DNA of 64,000 nt from Sphagnum compactum (taxonomy: Eukaryota), in the NCBI GenBank assembly GCA_965153455.1, contig OZ234493.1:13754213-13818212 (forward strand). Direction: 5' to 3'. Below the pieces are notes generated by a model. It was not told the origin of the DNA, did not search any database, and saw only the letters and a list, made by a program, of their open reading frames with translations. The position numbers and the translations under genes were made by a program. The first letter of the stretch is position 1, and each line of letters begins with the position of its first letter. Positions 11,961-25,479 of the stretch are shown here, in pieces.

Positions 11961-14038
11961 ATAGTGTTGTCCATCACAATAAACCTCCAAAGCACATAAT
12001 TCCTCTTATGAAAACTCAACCTTGGTACGGCCATGGGGATCAATATAAAAGGTTACACACCCACCCATCCATTCAAAAAATGTTTAGGGTTTAGTAGAAT
12101 TATATGATATGAAAACTAGTAATTGCAAAGTAAGTGCCTCAACATTTTAAAATACTCATTTGTTCCACCTGGACCTGTGTCTCAACTAGTGGCACTCTTC
12201 AAGTGTGATTGGGTTACACCTGGGTCTGATAGGTTTAGGATAGATATGATACGGAAAACTCTACTGAGCTTCATCAAAGCTAACCAAACATGGGGTTGCA
12301 TTAATCCCCTCAACCCTAATGGCATTAATTGTTGCATCAACATGTGCTAGTCATGGCTTTTCATTGACCTTAGTTTTTTTTCCATAATATGTCTTCCTAT
12401 TGAACCATAGTATTTTGATGGCACTTTCAAGCTCTTTAATCTGGATAGGAATATTTTCAACTCTTCTGGCAGTAGGACATATGAAGCAATGGGTTTGAAA
12501 ATCTTCTGCGATCTACGTGGATCTCGCTTTAGCCACAAGTGCTCTCGAATGCCGCAAACTCCATGTCACGTCGCACCTTGATGGTGTCTTTTGCTCCAAT
12601 TATGAACTTGATCAAGCTTTCACAAATGTTTTTTTCAATGTGCATCACATTTAGTGTGTGCCGGATCATTAATTGATGCAAATGGGACACCAATATGGTT
12701 AGATGGAGAAAACATGGTTTAGTTGCAAGGCATACATGACTTACAATAAAAAAAAGGAAACACAACAAACCCAGTTCTCATCCTCTTTCTAATTAATGCC
12801 ACATTAGGAATTGAATGATTTTGACCAACCATGAAAGCTTTTGAAAAACCATTGTGGCTATATAGAATCTATATTTTAGCCATTACACACTTTGAACTTC
12901 TTCCACCATAAAATTAATACTAATGTTCTTCAAACTTTAAAAGGTACAAAATCGATCTTAAATTCTCCCTTCTCTAGGCATGACAATTTGAGGTAAAGTT
13001 CTGCAAATGGAATGCTAAATTGGATAGCCCATCTATGGGCAAAATAGATTCCCAAGCTTTGAAAGCATAATTATTAGATAATCCCTTCTAATCTAGCAAT
13101 AGACCTTGTGACCAAGCTCTAAAACAAATGACAAGATATGGTTTTTCTTCTTACAACAAAACTTGTAGTAGAGGTCTCAAAATTAAATGTTCAAATAATC
13201 TAATATCTTATAGTAGTATAATTTGTATTATAGTTCTGAAAAATAATGATAAGATTTTTTTTCTTATGGTAGTAGAATATATTCTTGAGCTCGGTTATGA
13301 GAATGATTTGACATAACCTCTCCTTTGCCAACATATTCTATTCTCGAGCTTTGAGAACCAGGTTACCAAATTTCCTTCTGTATGACAACATATCTTTTAA
13401 AGTTTTGACGTTACCTAGCTACCATATTATCATTTGCATCCAACAATAGTTATATGTTTCATATTGCAACACTTCATGTACCTCCTTTGTGATGACTGGC
13501 CTACTTGTCAAATACATTATTGATTGTGTGACTCACATCCCAGTACAGAAGTTGAAATAGGGCTGACCAACGTTTCACCCCAGTTTTGTGTGATGGGCAC
13601 CCCTTTGCCCCCAAAACATTGTTGTGCCACCCAATTTTCTGTCATTTATGTTCACTTTAATGTTTCAACATCAGTTGTTGTTTTAGGCCTCCCCCACACC
13701 TCTTCTTTGCCATCAAAGTAAATTGCGTTTGGATGTATTTTATATGGGTGGTTTCTTTGCAACCACCTTTGACTTCCCTGAAAAACTGGTTTCCCAAGTT
13801 CTTTGGACCACCGGCTAATTATATCAGTGCCATATGGAAGGCATGTTTTATAACCTTGGTGTTGGCAACCAAAAACTATCCCATAAGCTGGAAAGTCGTG
13901 GATTGTCCACATTAGGACTGCCCTCATGGTAAATTCCCTCCTTCTGACAGGTTGCAATACATTCACAGCCCTCACCCCCTTCCATAATTCAACAAGCTCC
14001 TCAAACACAGGGGCCAAGTAGACATCAAAATTGCTATT

Positions 14039-16686
14039 TGAGAGGAATTTTTTGCACACCTTCAACATACAGATATGCACTCACAAAACCCGCTTGGAAG
14101 TGGATCTACTATGTAGATGTAGTCTAACAAGTACGGTGGTTCAAGGTAATGCAATGAAGCTCACTAAGATTTTAATGCGTTGTGTCCACTTGGAAGATAC
14201 AAAGACATTATGGGAGAATTGTAACTCACCATGATGGAATATGAAGGGCATTATGTTGACGTTCATTCAATGTCACGCTTGATGGTTGAACCCTTTTTGT
14301 TCCATTCGTCATAACATCTACATACAACCTCCTACTCTAACATGCATTGGATTTTTGAAAAGGCTAATCTAAAAGGAGCCATGTTACTCTAATAAGTTTA
14401 TTTTTAATTTTTTTAATCAAGAGTTAAGCCTTGGGACTAAACATCACTTTGCTTAGATTGAGGAAAAAATAGACAAATTCAACCTCCTCTACTTCCAGCA
14501 AGTGTAGCTCCCTTACAACATACCCGATGATGCTGAAATTTGAAAAAAACCTTTTACACCTCCTAAACAAGAACTCTTTAAAGTTTGACACAAATCAAAC
14601 GGTGGATTTGGGAGGAACAACTATTTGAAATAAAACTCCAGAGACTTTGTCATGGAAATCCTTCCATGAACTCCACTACAAACACCCTCTACTTCCGGCA
14701 AGTGTAGCTCCCTCACAGCAAACCCGATGATGCTGAAATTTGGAGAGAACCTTCTACACCTCCTAAACAAGAACTCTTTTAAGTTTGACATAAATCCAAC
14801 GGTGGATTTGGGAGGAACAATTATTTGAAACAAAACTCTAGAGGCTTTGTCATGGAAATCCTTCCATGCTTATTTCTTGCACACATCCTTTTCATGAATA
14901 ACACCCTTCCACACATAAAAACTAATCTTTTCCTCACACATTCATTCTCTTCCTTTCCGGTTCCATACATACAAGATATTCCTCTCTCCCTTAGTAAACC
15001 TTCATGACCTTCCTTGAGCTTGTTCCCCTTGACAAATGGAAGCTTTGAAATCCTTCCCTCCAATCAATGGCCTCTTCATCCTTTAAGAACCAATGAGAAT
15101 TGAAAATGATTTGCCCTCCAATTGATTTTAGGATGAAAATTTTTGGGCCCAATGAAACAAAAAAAAATTCCATCCTCTAATCAAATAGGATGACAATCCT
15201 CATGACTAATGGGATTGGAGGACTCATCTTTCCCCTTATCTTGGATATCTTGATGAGGTTCTTGAGCTTGATCCTTATCCTTTCCGTTCGTTGACCCTCA
15301 CATCCTACTTTTTCATCCTAATTATTTCAAGTAACTAAAAACTATGACAATTTATCGATAGTAACAAGTAAACATCCTTGAGTCCTTACTTGACTAAATC
15401 AATTCAATGGTTGAAGTAACATCCCCGCGTACCATTTACTCTTTTGATATCCCTTATTTTTTCTTCCATGCACTAATTAACTATGTAGTACATAGTAAAT
15501 TGGAATTAAAATTTGCATCACAAAAACCCCCACATACTCCTAGATCCACCGTTGAAATTAGAGTTCGATGAATCCATTAGATCTAGGATGTTCTAGTTTT
15601 CATGAGGTTCCGCCGTCACTCCCACACCTTACACCTACCCTAATTTGTTAAATAAAAAGGCCTTGACCCCTTCTAAACGCAAATACCACATTGTTTTTAC
15701 TACCCTCTGTTTTTGTTGATGCAGGTAATAATTTAATCATGGCGGATGATGTGACTGCGCTTTTGAATCCTCCAGTTGCACCAGTAGACAAGGAAGAGCT
15801 TGAAGAAGCACCGCTTAACGAAGTAGCGATTGAAGTGAATGTCTCTCAACGGTCGTGCGAAGAAGAACCATCCAAAAAAGTGGTGTGCATTCAAGTAGAT
15901 CGTTCGGCATGGGATCGTCGATTGTCTCCTAACCCACATGCCTTAGCAATTTATTTATAATTCGTTCCCGCTCGAAAAACCGCGCCAGAAAGGTTTGAAT
16001 AGTGTCAATGTGAAGACGACAATGTTCGTCTTCATTGTCGAACTTGGGTTCCCGATGATGGCCATTATTGTTGGCTACGAGGCCCAATTAACGCCCTTTC
16101 CATGGAGCATCAAGCCGAATATCTAGCTCGCACCATTCGTCGCATTCTGGAGTTTTTGCAATTGTGATCTATTCCTTTAAAGTTGTTTACTAAATTGTAA
16201 TTCACTTGAGGCCACTCAGGTGGAAATGTTAATACTTAAGTTTGATTTTGATTCTATCTAAGCGTCTGATAGAAGTGAAGACTAAATAAAGATGTATCAG
16301 GACTGCACCCTAGAAATCTTTCCAGTACATCATTTGTGCTTGACGATTATTCTACAGACTAACTTAATATTGTCATGGCGAAATGTTATTGTTAGTTATG
16401 GGCTTGTATTCCCAATATATCAATAAATCACATTTAATTCTATATCCCCTTTCCCTTCTCTACAACATAAAAGGATAATGCACTTAAAAAGGTTTACTAG
16501 GTTCTAAAACTAACTAAGCCTTGCATCAATTTAAATAAAAGAGTTTTCTACGCTGAAATATCCAAAGGCTAATCCAACTCTTAATAATTATTATTTGGAG
16601 GTTTATCAAGATTCAAATCATTAATACTAAGGAAAACTATGGAACTAAGGCTTAAAAATTTGTGGTATTATAATCCATGGCTCACA
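14039..16686. mobile_element. 2.65-kb solo-LTR-like insertion interrupting the CACTA transposase
   Basis: Begins TGAGAG and ends CTCACA; flanked by ctatt (14034-14038) and ctact (16687-16691). Removing it plus one flank copy restores the transposase frame IIPGSSSVKSSNFDVYLAP. Confidence 0.8.
14480..14870. repeat. About 200-bp tandem duplication within the solo-LTR-like insertion
   Basis: ctacttcc(a/g)gcaagtgtagctccc...ggtggatttgggaggaacaa...gtcatggaaatccttccatg occurs twice. Confidence 0.85.
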
Positions 16687-19600
16687 CTACTCTTCACACT
16701 ACTCGATCCAGGGATTATCATTGAGAACAACAAGAAAAACTTTTTGGTCACCAACCAAGGTGGAAGGTTATAGTTCAAGAACAACACAGGTGAAATTGAC
16801 CATGCATTGCTATTTTCCCCAAATGGATTCACTCCATTTGTGGCAAGCCCCAATCTGACATTTTTGGGCTCAACCCCAAATTCTAGCCAAGTCCTATCAA
16901 TGTAGACCCAAGCCTTAATATCAGGCACATGACAAATCTTCCCATCTGTGCTCTTATTTCGGCTATGCCAAGTCATGAGTTCAGCAATTTTTTGAACTCC
17001 AAACATGCGCAATAGCCTAGGAACCAATGGAAAATGTCGAATTATTTTAACGGCTACATTTGATTTGCCATATGCCTTAAAGCGTGCTGACCTACACTTT
17101 GGACATGTTTCCAACGTTTCATATTCCTTTCGAAACAACATACATCCATTAACACATGCACCTATGTTATTGTATTTCAAGCCTACCTTGCTATTTAAGG
17201 TTTTAGTTGCGTACATTGTTGGTGGCAAACAATTATCTAGTGGTAATAAATGCTTGTGAAATAATGCTAATAGTTCATCAACAAACTTGTTGGAGACACC
17301 ATGCACCTTGCAGACGTTCATCAACAGGAGTGTGGCTGCTAGCATTGATGACATGGCACCACTGTATAAGGGTTGGCATGTTTTTCGCAAGTATTGACCT
17401 TCACTAAAAATGTCTTCATCAAGGTCTTCTGTAAATCCTTCATGGTTGTCTCCTATGTTTCCTTTTGCATTGCCTTCATCTTGCCCTGTCATGCTCTCCG
17501 GCATAGCTGCCAACTCTTCCATGACATCACACACCTCTTGGACCATGCCAATTCCATCTTCCCTTGAGTTCGGGTTCAAGTGAGCATTCTCCATGCCTAC
17601 TTCAACATCTGGAGCTAGGAATAGATCATCTAAAAGTTATTCCATGTGGACACCTTCATCCACCAACTGCCTTGCTGTTTGTAATGACCCTTTAGTTACT
17701 GCAACCCATTCTTCATCAGAGCCATTGATTTCCCCTGGGCCTTTCCAAACTCTATACAAAGAGTGCCTACCATTCAAGATGAGGTGTCTTCGAACTGTGT
17801 CAAGCAAGATTGGCCTCCCCTTTCCTGCGCACTTATTACACGGACATCGCATTTTAGTCATGCCATGTTGTTGGGCCCATGACAACTCTCTAGCCCATAA
17901 CTTGTCATCCCTAGTGTAAGCCTAAAAGGATCATCTAGTTGCCTCCTGCCACTTGCCATGTTTTATCACTAATAGAAGTCTTTATTTTTGTGTGGTTTGC
18001 ACTATCACAATATCAACCGTTGGACCATTTACACGCATCCAACCAAAAAGGACAATGTAGCATCCGCCCACTCTCGTTGCAGTTGCATCTTGTTTAGCAA
18101 GCATGGGCAATCCAACATAATTGAATTGGCTCTATAGAAATGGATTGGATATAAGGAAAAAATATCTCTCCAAGTTTCATTAGAAGGAAGGTTTAAAGTT
18201 TTATTTCTCTCCATCCATGCATTTGAACAATAACTACAATGACATGAATAGAAATTAAGAATTTACACTCATCCTTCCTTTCAACTACACTCTTTTGTTT
18301 TAGACATATTCCAAATAAATTGATTAATCTAAACAATATAAGTGGCAACAATTGGATGTACCTAGAAACTTTTTGAATAATATAAGTGGCAACATGCAAT
18401 TGGATGTGCCGTGACCAAAGCATATCCGAAGGTAAGGTTGTGTGTGAATTCACCTCCTTGTGCTATGTTCCACATCCCTATGGATGGCTCCAAGTAAATC
18501 TGTACATGCAAGATAAAAGATTTCCCAAAGCATGGGATACTATTTTATGTGAAAAGAAGGAAATTTGGACTATTATGCCACTATGGTCACAAGGATGTCA
18601 ACCATCTCTTGGCTTTGAATAAAACACAACAAACCAACAAATGAAACATACCCCCATGTTTGTGTGTCATCCAACATTGGCGTCACCAATTGTGGGCAAC
18701 AATGGCTTTGACAACATATCAATGCCTACCACTTGCACACCCAACATAGAAAATCCAACATATAATTGCAAAAGTACCTGACATCTCATGACCTATCAAA
18801 TTATTTGAACAAGAAATGCATCACAAACAACAATATACCACAACCTCATGGAATATTAACACGAAGTATCCTTTGAATATTTCTTCCCAATTGAATCCTT
18901 GGGAAACAATAGACAAGTTTAGACATTAAATTCATTTTGATGAAGTCCAAGACTAGAATAAATCCAAAAGGGAAACTTGACTTGGTTGACTTGATCACGC
19001 TTGCTAATGAATCATGATATTGAGTTGTGGACACATTTAGAAATTATTTTCTCAATCATGCAAGAAATATGGTAAAAGTTGGTTAGTAGTTCCTTCTTGC
19101 AAACATATCCACAATGTCCATTACAATTCACAATTGGCTATCCTAACATACTTTACATGCTTGTAATAAGAATGGTGCCACTCAACTATGTGTAAACATA
19201 GAAAGATCAACAATCTACTAGCAAATCTTATCCCTAGTACAACTTCCAGTTACCAGTCCAAATCCTCAAAATGTAACTAGTTTACACACATGGCCATATT
19301 TTCACTTCTCCCAATAGACTGTTCAATGATTGGCAAAGATAATATCCAAACACATAAACACACAAAGGGTTGATGCCTCATGTAAAGGCTATATATCCTC
19401 ATTTTATAGTTTCCAAACAAGAACTTCGAGATAGGAAAAGACCTAAACCATCAACAATAACAACAACATCCACTATGATGAAAAAAAATTCACCTTGCCA
19501 AAAGGCATAATGTATTAGAAGGTAACTTTTGGATTGATAATGCTACAAAACTCAGTCCCCTTTCTTGTAGTTGCAATACGCAACTTCCACCTCATTGTCC

Positions 19601-20574
19601 CATAGCAACTGTCCATGTGTAGGTACAAGTTTTTAAATATTCTCCAATATACATAAGACTAACTTTCTATCATGTCTATGGCTTTAGAGATGCCCATATA
19701 CATATTTTTTGACTCTCAATTTTGGTAGTAGAGATACAACTTTATGATCAAATTTTTCCAACTATCTAAATGAAGGATTTCTTTTAGTTTCCTAGGTGTT
19801 CAAAGAATATGCATGACTACATGATAGCTTCCTTTCACACACACCAGAGCAGAATGTAAATACATGAACGCCACTGATTGTTTACCTAGTTGGTTTTAGT
19901 CCCATGGCCTCACAAATCTATGACAATTGGTTGGCCACAACATGTAGCCAATCCTGGATGAGTGAGATAAGTAAAAAGATGCATAGGTTTAGTTGATTGT
20001 TCCACAAAAAAAGGAGTTATGTTGCTCTTGCCTACACATGACATTCTTGGCAATTAACTTTGGAACAGAGGAACTATTAAGGTGTATTAGGAACAACAAT
20101 AACACTTTTGGTCATTTCTTTTGGCAAAAGCTACTCATAAAACTCGCCTGCTATGGAAGTGTACTTTGATTCAATTTTGTTTCCATTGGTGGCTCAATGT
20201 TGCCTAAAAGACACATGACCATTTCCACCAGAGTTCATCAGTTTCAACTATACTTCCTTCCTGCTACCCAAGGTGGTTGACCTTGTCTAACACATTCAAG
20301 ATACATTAGAACACACAATATACAAAGTACTTGTGTGATCAGCACCACATACCCTTTGAGACTTCACCTACATTAAACAACTATAGTTCCATGGTACATG
20401 TGCAAAAGTTTAATAGCTCAACTATTAAAAGAGACACAATTATTCCAAGTATTACAAGATGTGGCAACAACACAAAGTAATCCACACAATTGTTAGGGGG
20501 ATAACAAATATACATTATAATGTAGTGTATAACATCAATCTAAAGGCAATCTTTGAAGTTTTGTGAGTTGCAAG

Positions 20575-21010
20575 GCTTACCACGAGATGGTTGTAAACCT
20601 ATTCAAAATAAAGTTGTCTGTAGACTATCGTCTATTTAATGTTGAAAGCAATTTGCTAATTTCAATATACATTCATAGTATATTTCCACCTTTTTGTCTC
20701 CACCTTGCTTTATCATTCATAATGCCATGTACATTTGTTCATCCGTTTGTACTGTTTGGTAACATTTACAAAACGTAACTTCTAGCGCTTCAAATTTGCA
20801 AATGGAATGGGCTTTCATAAAAATCTCTCCCCACTTGGATATGACATCGTGAAGTGTAAAACAAAACAAATTGATGTTGTCAACATCATTATTTTTTCCA
20901 TTGGCTTGAATGGCTTTGCAAAACACACGTACATGAACATCTAGATCCGTTTTTATAGTGCAAATGGGGTAGGATAAGGATTTCCTACTTGGTGGGGGAT
21001 TTGGTGCTAT
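20575..21010 (-). mobile_element. Ty3/Gypsy-type gag remnant
   Basis: DLDVHVRVFCKAIQANG..INLFCFTLHDVISKW..FEALEVTFCKCY..VEIYYECILKLANC resembles a retrotransposon gag capsid domain; internal stops. Confidence 0.7.
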
Positions 21011-23089
21011 AAGGGGTTGGACATGATACCATGAGGGTCCAAACAACATATAACAAGCCAATGCGTTTACTTTGCATTTAGGACTATTGTCCTTTTTGGG
21101 GTCTTTTTTCCCAAAAACATGTTTTCCTAAAGAGGAATTTTCAAATGAAATGTTTTGAAACTTTTTAAATATTTTATTTATAGTTGCCCCAATATGTCAT
21201 ATGTTTTTTTACAATCAAATTTGGAGAAATTTTTGAAAGTGCATAGATTTTGCTAGATTTTGTGTTTCATCTTGAAAATTTGTCATAATTTCAAATCATA
21301 CCAAAACATGTTAACACTTTCAAGTTTAATTTTTAATATTATAAGCTACAAGCATTTTTTAAACAACTTATACATTGCATCACATTTACATGTTGAAAAG
21401 GACTCATGAACTTTGTTTAAACCTTAATTTTTGATAAATGAAAAATTAGAAAAATATGAAAATTTGAGTGTTTTTTAGATGTGTCTAATAGTACATTATT
21501 ACTATAAAAAAATTGAGGATGAAAAAAATTGTATTATGAAAATTAAGGGGCCCTTTATGAAAGTAATGTCATTGAATGAAGCTGTTAAACATCCTTTATT
21601 CAAACCAAACTTTGACATTGGAATTTTGTTTGATTCATTTTATATTTTTCAATATCCATATTATTCAATAACCACAACTTTCCATGATTCACATGCCATT
21701 AAGTGGCACCGCATACACAAATGTAATAATAATTGCAGAAAAAATTAACGTTTTAACATTAGTTTTGGCTCGTTTGAATTCATTCGCACCCATGAAGGGT
21801 ACCATGGATTCAAGGTAGGCCCTATTGACTACCCTATTGGTCTTGCAACATATGTTTTTGGATTATCTGAAATATTCATCCTTGAAGACTGCATGCTTCG
21901 TACCTCATCAAAAGGTTCCTACCCTGAAACTGACACAATTCATCAATTTGCATCTAGAGTCAATCAATATTACTCTCTTTGGTGTGTGGACTTGTTGCAA
22001 CAGTTTCATGGTACCAAAAAGTTTTTTTTTCAGCAGGGTCCAACATTGGTTCTCATGGAGTTTTTAGTTTAGTTTTGATGTGTTGCAATTCCGATGGATG
22101 ATTTCCGGTAGGTTGTAAAAATTTTCAGTTCGATATTTTTGGTAACTTCCTCCAATTGGTTTTGTTCCCCATTATGAAAGGTCACAACCTCCTCTGGGTC
22201 GTTCTTGGGTTGCTCTAGTCATTTTGGGTCTAAATTATGACAAATAATTTATTTTTTTGTTACTCACATGGCCTATTCTAACACTTTCTTGCAAAACTTG
22301 CTCCATTCTTTTCTTCATACTTCTTGTCAGCATTGTTGGCATATTGTAAATGATTGCAAAAAAGTTGTGATCTACGGGTTATTTTGGTTTTTCATTTGTG
22401 TTTGTCAAATAATAATGACAATTTATTTGTAGTTTGTTTTGGTAGAGTCAAATAAGTTTTAACTAGTATTTATCTAAATAGGAATGATAATGAACCAAAA
22501 ATTTTGGATTCAATATTCCCGGTATGGTTGCCAAATGTTAAGGCCACCTGGTGAACTATAGGGTTTTGAAAGAAATAAAACAAGGGAGTAGAAGAAAAAA
22601 TCTCTTTACTCTCCTTAGGTAAGCAAAAAGCTTTAACACAAAAGGGACTGTCCAAACTTAGTAAGGTAGCTTCATAAACCTTCTATAGAAATAAACTTGA
22701 AGCAAACATATAATAAAGAATACTTAGATACAAAAAGTTAGAATACTCCAAACAAACAAAGGAAAACAACTACACACATGGAATTCTATGTACAAAGGTA
22801 TGGCAGGAAAAAGTGACTTTACTTTAGAAAGTATTCTCCTATATAGTGCACAAAGGGACAAAGCCTTAGTACTTCAAAGAAAGAAGTAAAAAATAGTGGA
22901 ATAGGTAGTTCACCTAATTCCCAAAAAATTCGGTCTTAAATATACACAATCTAAACTAGTAATAAAATCGGTTTCGGTAAAAAAAGGTTTTCGGTAAAGG
23001 AATTTTGGTTTCAATAAACCTTTGATGAAAATTTGATTATGGTAAATGTTTGATTACGGTAAAAATCTACCTTCAACAATCTAAATCAA

Positions 23090-24145
23090 TGTTATGAACT
23101 TTTTAAAAGCTTCAAAAAATTTACATAAGAAAAATATCCATGTCTTTCTTGAAAAGTCATTTGTGACAAAAGAAAGTACTTTGATCCTCCCAACAAAGTG
23201 TGTTTGAATGGTCCACACAAATTAGTGTGAAGAAACTTGTTTGTCTTGAGGCCATAGTCATGCTTTTCTTTGGCACAATTTCTTTGTGTTGTTTCCCAAG
23301 CATGCAGTCATAACAACTTTCAGTAACAATTGGTACATATAAGGCATTCCTTTAGAACTTCATGGCTTGGAAAGTTTGTGTAACCTTTGAAAACTAATGT
23401 GTCCCATTCTTTTGTGCCACAACTCCACGTTTGACAATTGTTTAATCAAGAAAAGGGATAGTGATTTATGTTGAAGCTTGTGGAGTTGAAGCTTCGAGCT
23501 TGTACAATCCATTCTTAGCATCTTGAACACCAAATGCCAAAACTTTCTATGGAATATTTGCTGACAAGATTCAACATTTGGCCTTTCCAAAAACTAGAAT
23601 GCATTCCATGTTTGCTACAACTCCTACTAACAAAAGGTTGCTCACAGATATTATTTCATCTTGATAAGCAACAATAGCAATGCCCTTGGCATGCACCTTA
23701 TGGGTGTGACCACTGGCATACTTGATATTTGTTATGTCTACTACCTTTCTAATGTTTGTGAACTTTCCCACATCACCCATGACATGAGGTGTTGCTCCTG
23801 AGTCAAGATACCACTTGGTATCCTTTTCATGAAGATGTGACGCTAGCATGGTGACTTCAAACTCTTTGTGAAAAAATTTCTCATCATCTTCATTATGCAT
23901 CTCCTGATTCTCCTCCATTGTGTTGACTTGCGAACATGTCTCGTTTGGAAAAAAAGGACATTCCTTTCCCCAGTGTCTAAGGCAATTACAACGATTGCAA
24001 TTTCGAAGGCATCGCAAAGTATTCTAACGATGACCATTTGGGTTTTGTGTTAGACAACCACCTTCTTTGTTTTGATGGGGAAAACCCCTCCCTGAATAAG
24101 AGCAAAACTTGCAATCAATCTAGGGCAATTACAACGATTGCAAAA
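23090..24145 (-). mobile_element. Ty1/Copia gag-pol remnant
   Basis: Zinc knuckle CNRCNCLRHWGKEC, protease WYLDSGATPH, GAG-pre-integrase LWHKRMGHIS, and integrase start (C..CMLGKQH, HTNLCGP) in Copia order; frameshifted. Confidence 0.85.
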
Positions 24146-24267
24146 AAAAGTGCTAAAGTCACCATATTTTGAGGGGGAAAAAACAAAATTTCCATATTTA
24201 AATAATGAGTTCCTAGAGGTTGCCAAAAGACAGTAGAATCCTACAAATTTTTTTAGTTTGCTAGCTG

Positions 24268-24340
24268 ACCTCTACCCAAATTTGGCTCATTCCTCTTGTG
24301 GATGATGGCCAGTCCACCTACTTGACAAAATTGAAAACAA
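24268..24340 (+). repeat. Member of a short dispersed repeat family (reverse copies at about 55786-55850 and 57028-57080)
   Basis: caaatttggct..cctcttgtggatgat..ccagtccacctac..acaaaattg; the reverse complement is seen at the two other loci. Confidence 0.7.
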
Positions 24341-25479
24341 CCCGATGTGGGGTGGGTCTTTGATTCTTGTAATAACTGCTGGTTATGGGTATTTTTAGAA
24401 ATAAAATAAAAATCAGAATCAAAGAACCATGGATTCCGGGTATTAGACAATATTCAGAATCAAAGAACCACCGGTTCTGGGTTTTTCAAAAATTTCAAAG
24501 AACTGTCAGGCTTCATGAAAGAACCAGCAAAGGCTTGGCAGCTTTCTAGGTGGTTATTTGACTTTTTCAAAAAACATTTGAGGATCACAATACTATATAT
24601 ATAATAATCAGGTATTCAAGTTTTTGATAACCATCACTATACACCAGAATCGAGTACTTGATTTTTTAATAACCACAGTTATCAACTCTGAGGGTTTGAT
24701 GCAATTTTTAATATCCGCCCACTCTAAAAGAAAAAAACCTTAGGTTGAACTGCAAGTTATTGAATCTTGAGTAAAGTATGCAAGGTTGAGAGCACTAGTA
24801 GGTACCTATTTGCCAACAATGTGGTTCCCTTGATTCCAAAGTGAATCACTTTCTCCATGGATGATGTCAGGTATGTTCTCACCTAATCTTAGATAGGTTT
24901 TCTGATGGGTTTGCAGTTTATTGCTATGCTTACACACCAGGCTACCCTTTTCCATAAGCTTCATGAGGACTACTCAATTTAGATCTGCCTGGAAGTGTTT
25001 ACTATGCAAGGCCTTTGAGAGGACACCAGCTCCTGCAGAAGGCTGAAGCCTAGCAAATGTCGGATGCAAAAGCTCCACACATCATTAAGACCATATTAGC
25101 ATATTCCCCTCTGGGTGTTGGTGACCAAAACTTGATTATGCATGTTTGCAAAATGGGCAACCTGCAACATGATGCAGTCTATACTAAACACCTGCCAATG
25201 AGTTCTCTTCGGCACTATGCTTGGGTCTCATCCCCTCCATATGGCACTATGCCTGGGCCCCCTCTGCAATGACATTGGCTTTACAAGTTTCACAGGTTCT
25301 GCATTGTAGCGGAAGACCATGTTCTGCAAGTGACGTGGCCACCTGAAGCTCAAATTTGAAATGCATCTAAAATTAGCTCCTTTGCAATAAAGTTCATGGC
25401 ACACGCACAACCAAACATTTGAGCAGACCCAGTCCAGCAGGTAGCCACAGCTTGCTTTTCTCTTCTTTTGTAATTTGAG

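Larger units (their letters stand above)
11345..17920 (-). mobile_element. CACTA (En/Spm) DNA transposon, decayed; distal end not found
   Basis: Terminal CACTAGTAGAAAA at 11345 followed by repeated agtcgc subterminal motifs (11391-11462). Minus-strand TnpD-like transposase pieces: CPCNKC..RRHLILNG (17637-17885), NVRLGLATNGVNPFG..YNLPPW (16668-17594), FDVYLAP..WTIHDFPAYG (13652-14035), IRHTLNVMHIEKNICESL and LKVPSKY..MKSHD (12240-12680), with stops and frameshifts. Confidence 0.9.

Noticed and set aside
14039-16686. Insertion read as an intron (gtgagc...aaatag on the minus strand)
   Set aside because: None of the nearby GT donors spliced to that AG restores the transposase frame; TG..CA ends plus TSD explain it better.
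17920-20500. Second CACTA terminus or TnpA-like gene
   Set aside because: No TTTTCTACTAGTG-like end or recognisable coding motif found by eye.
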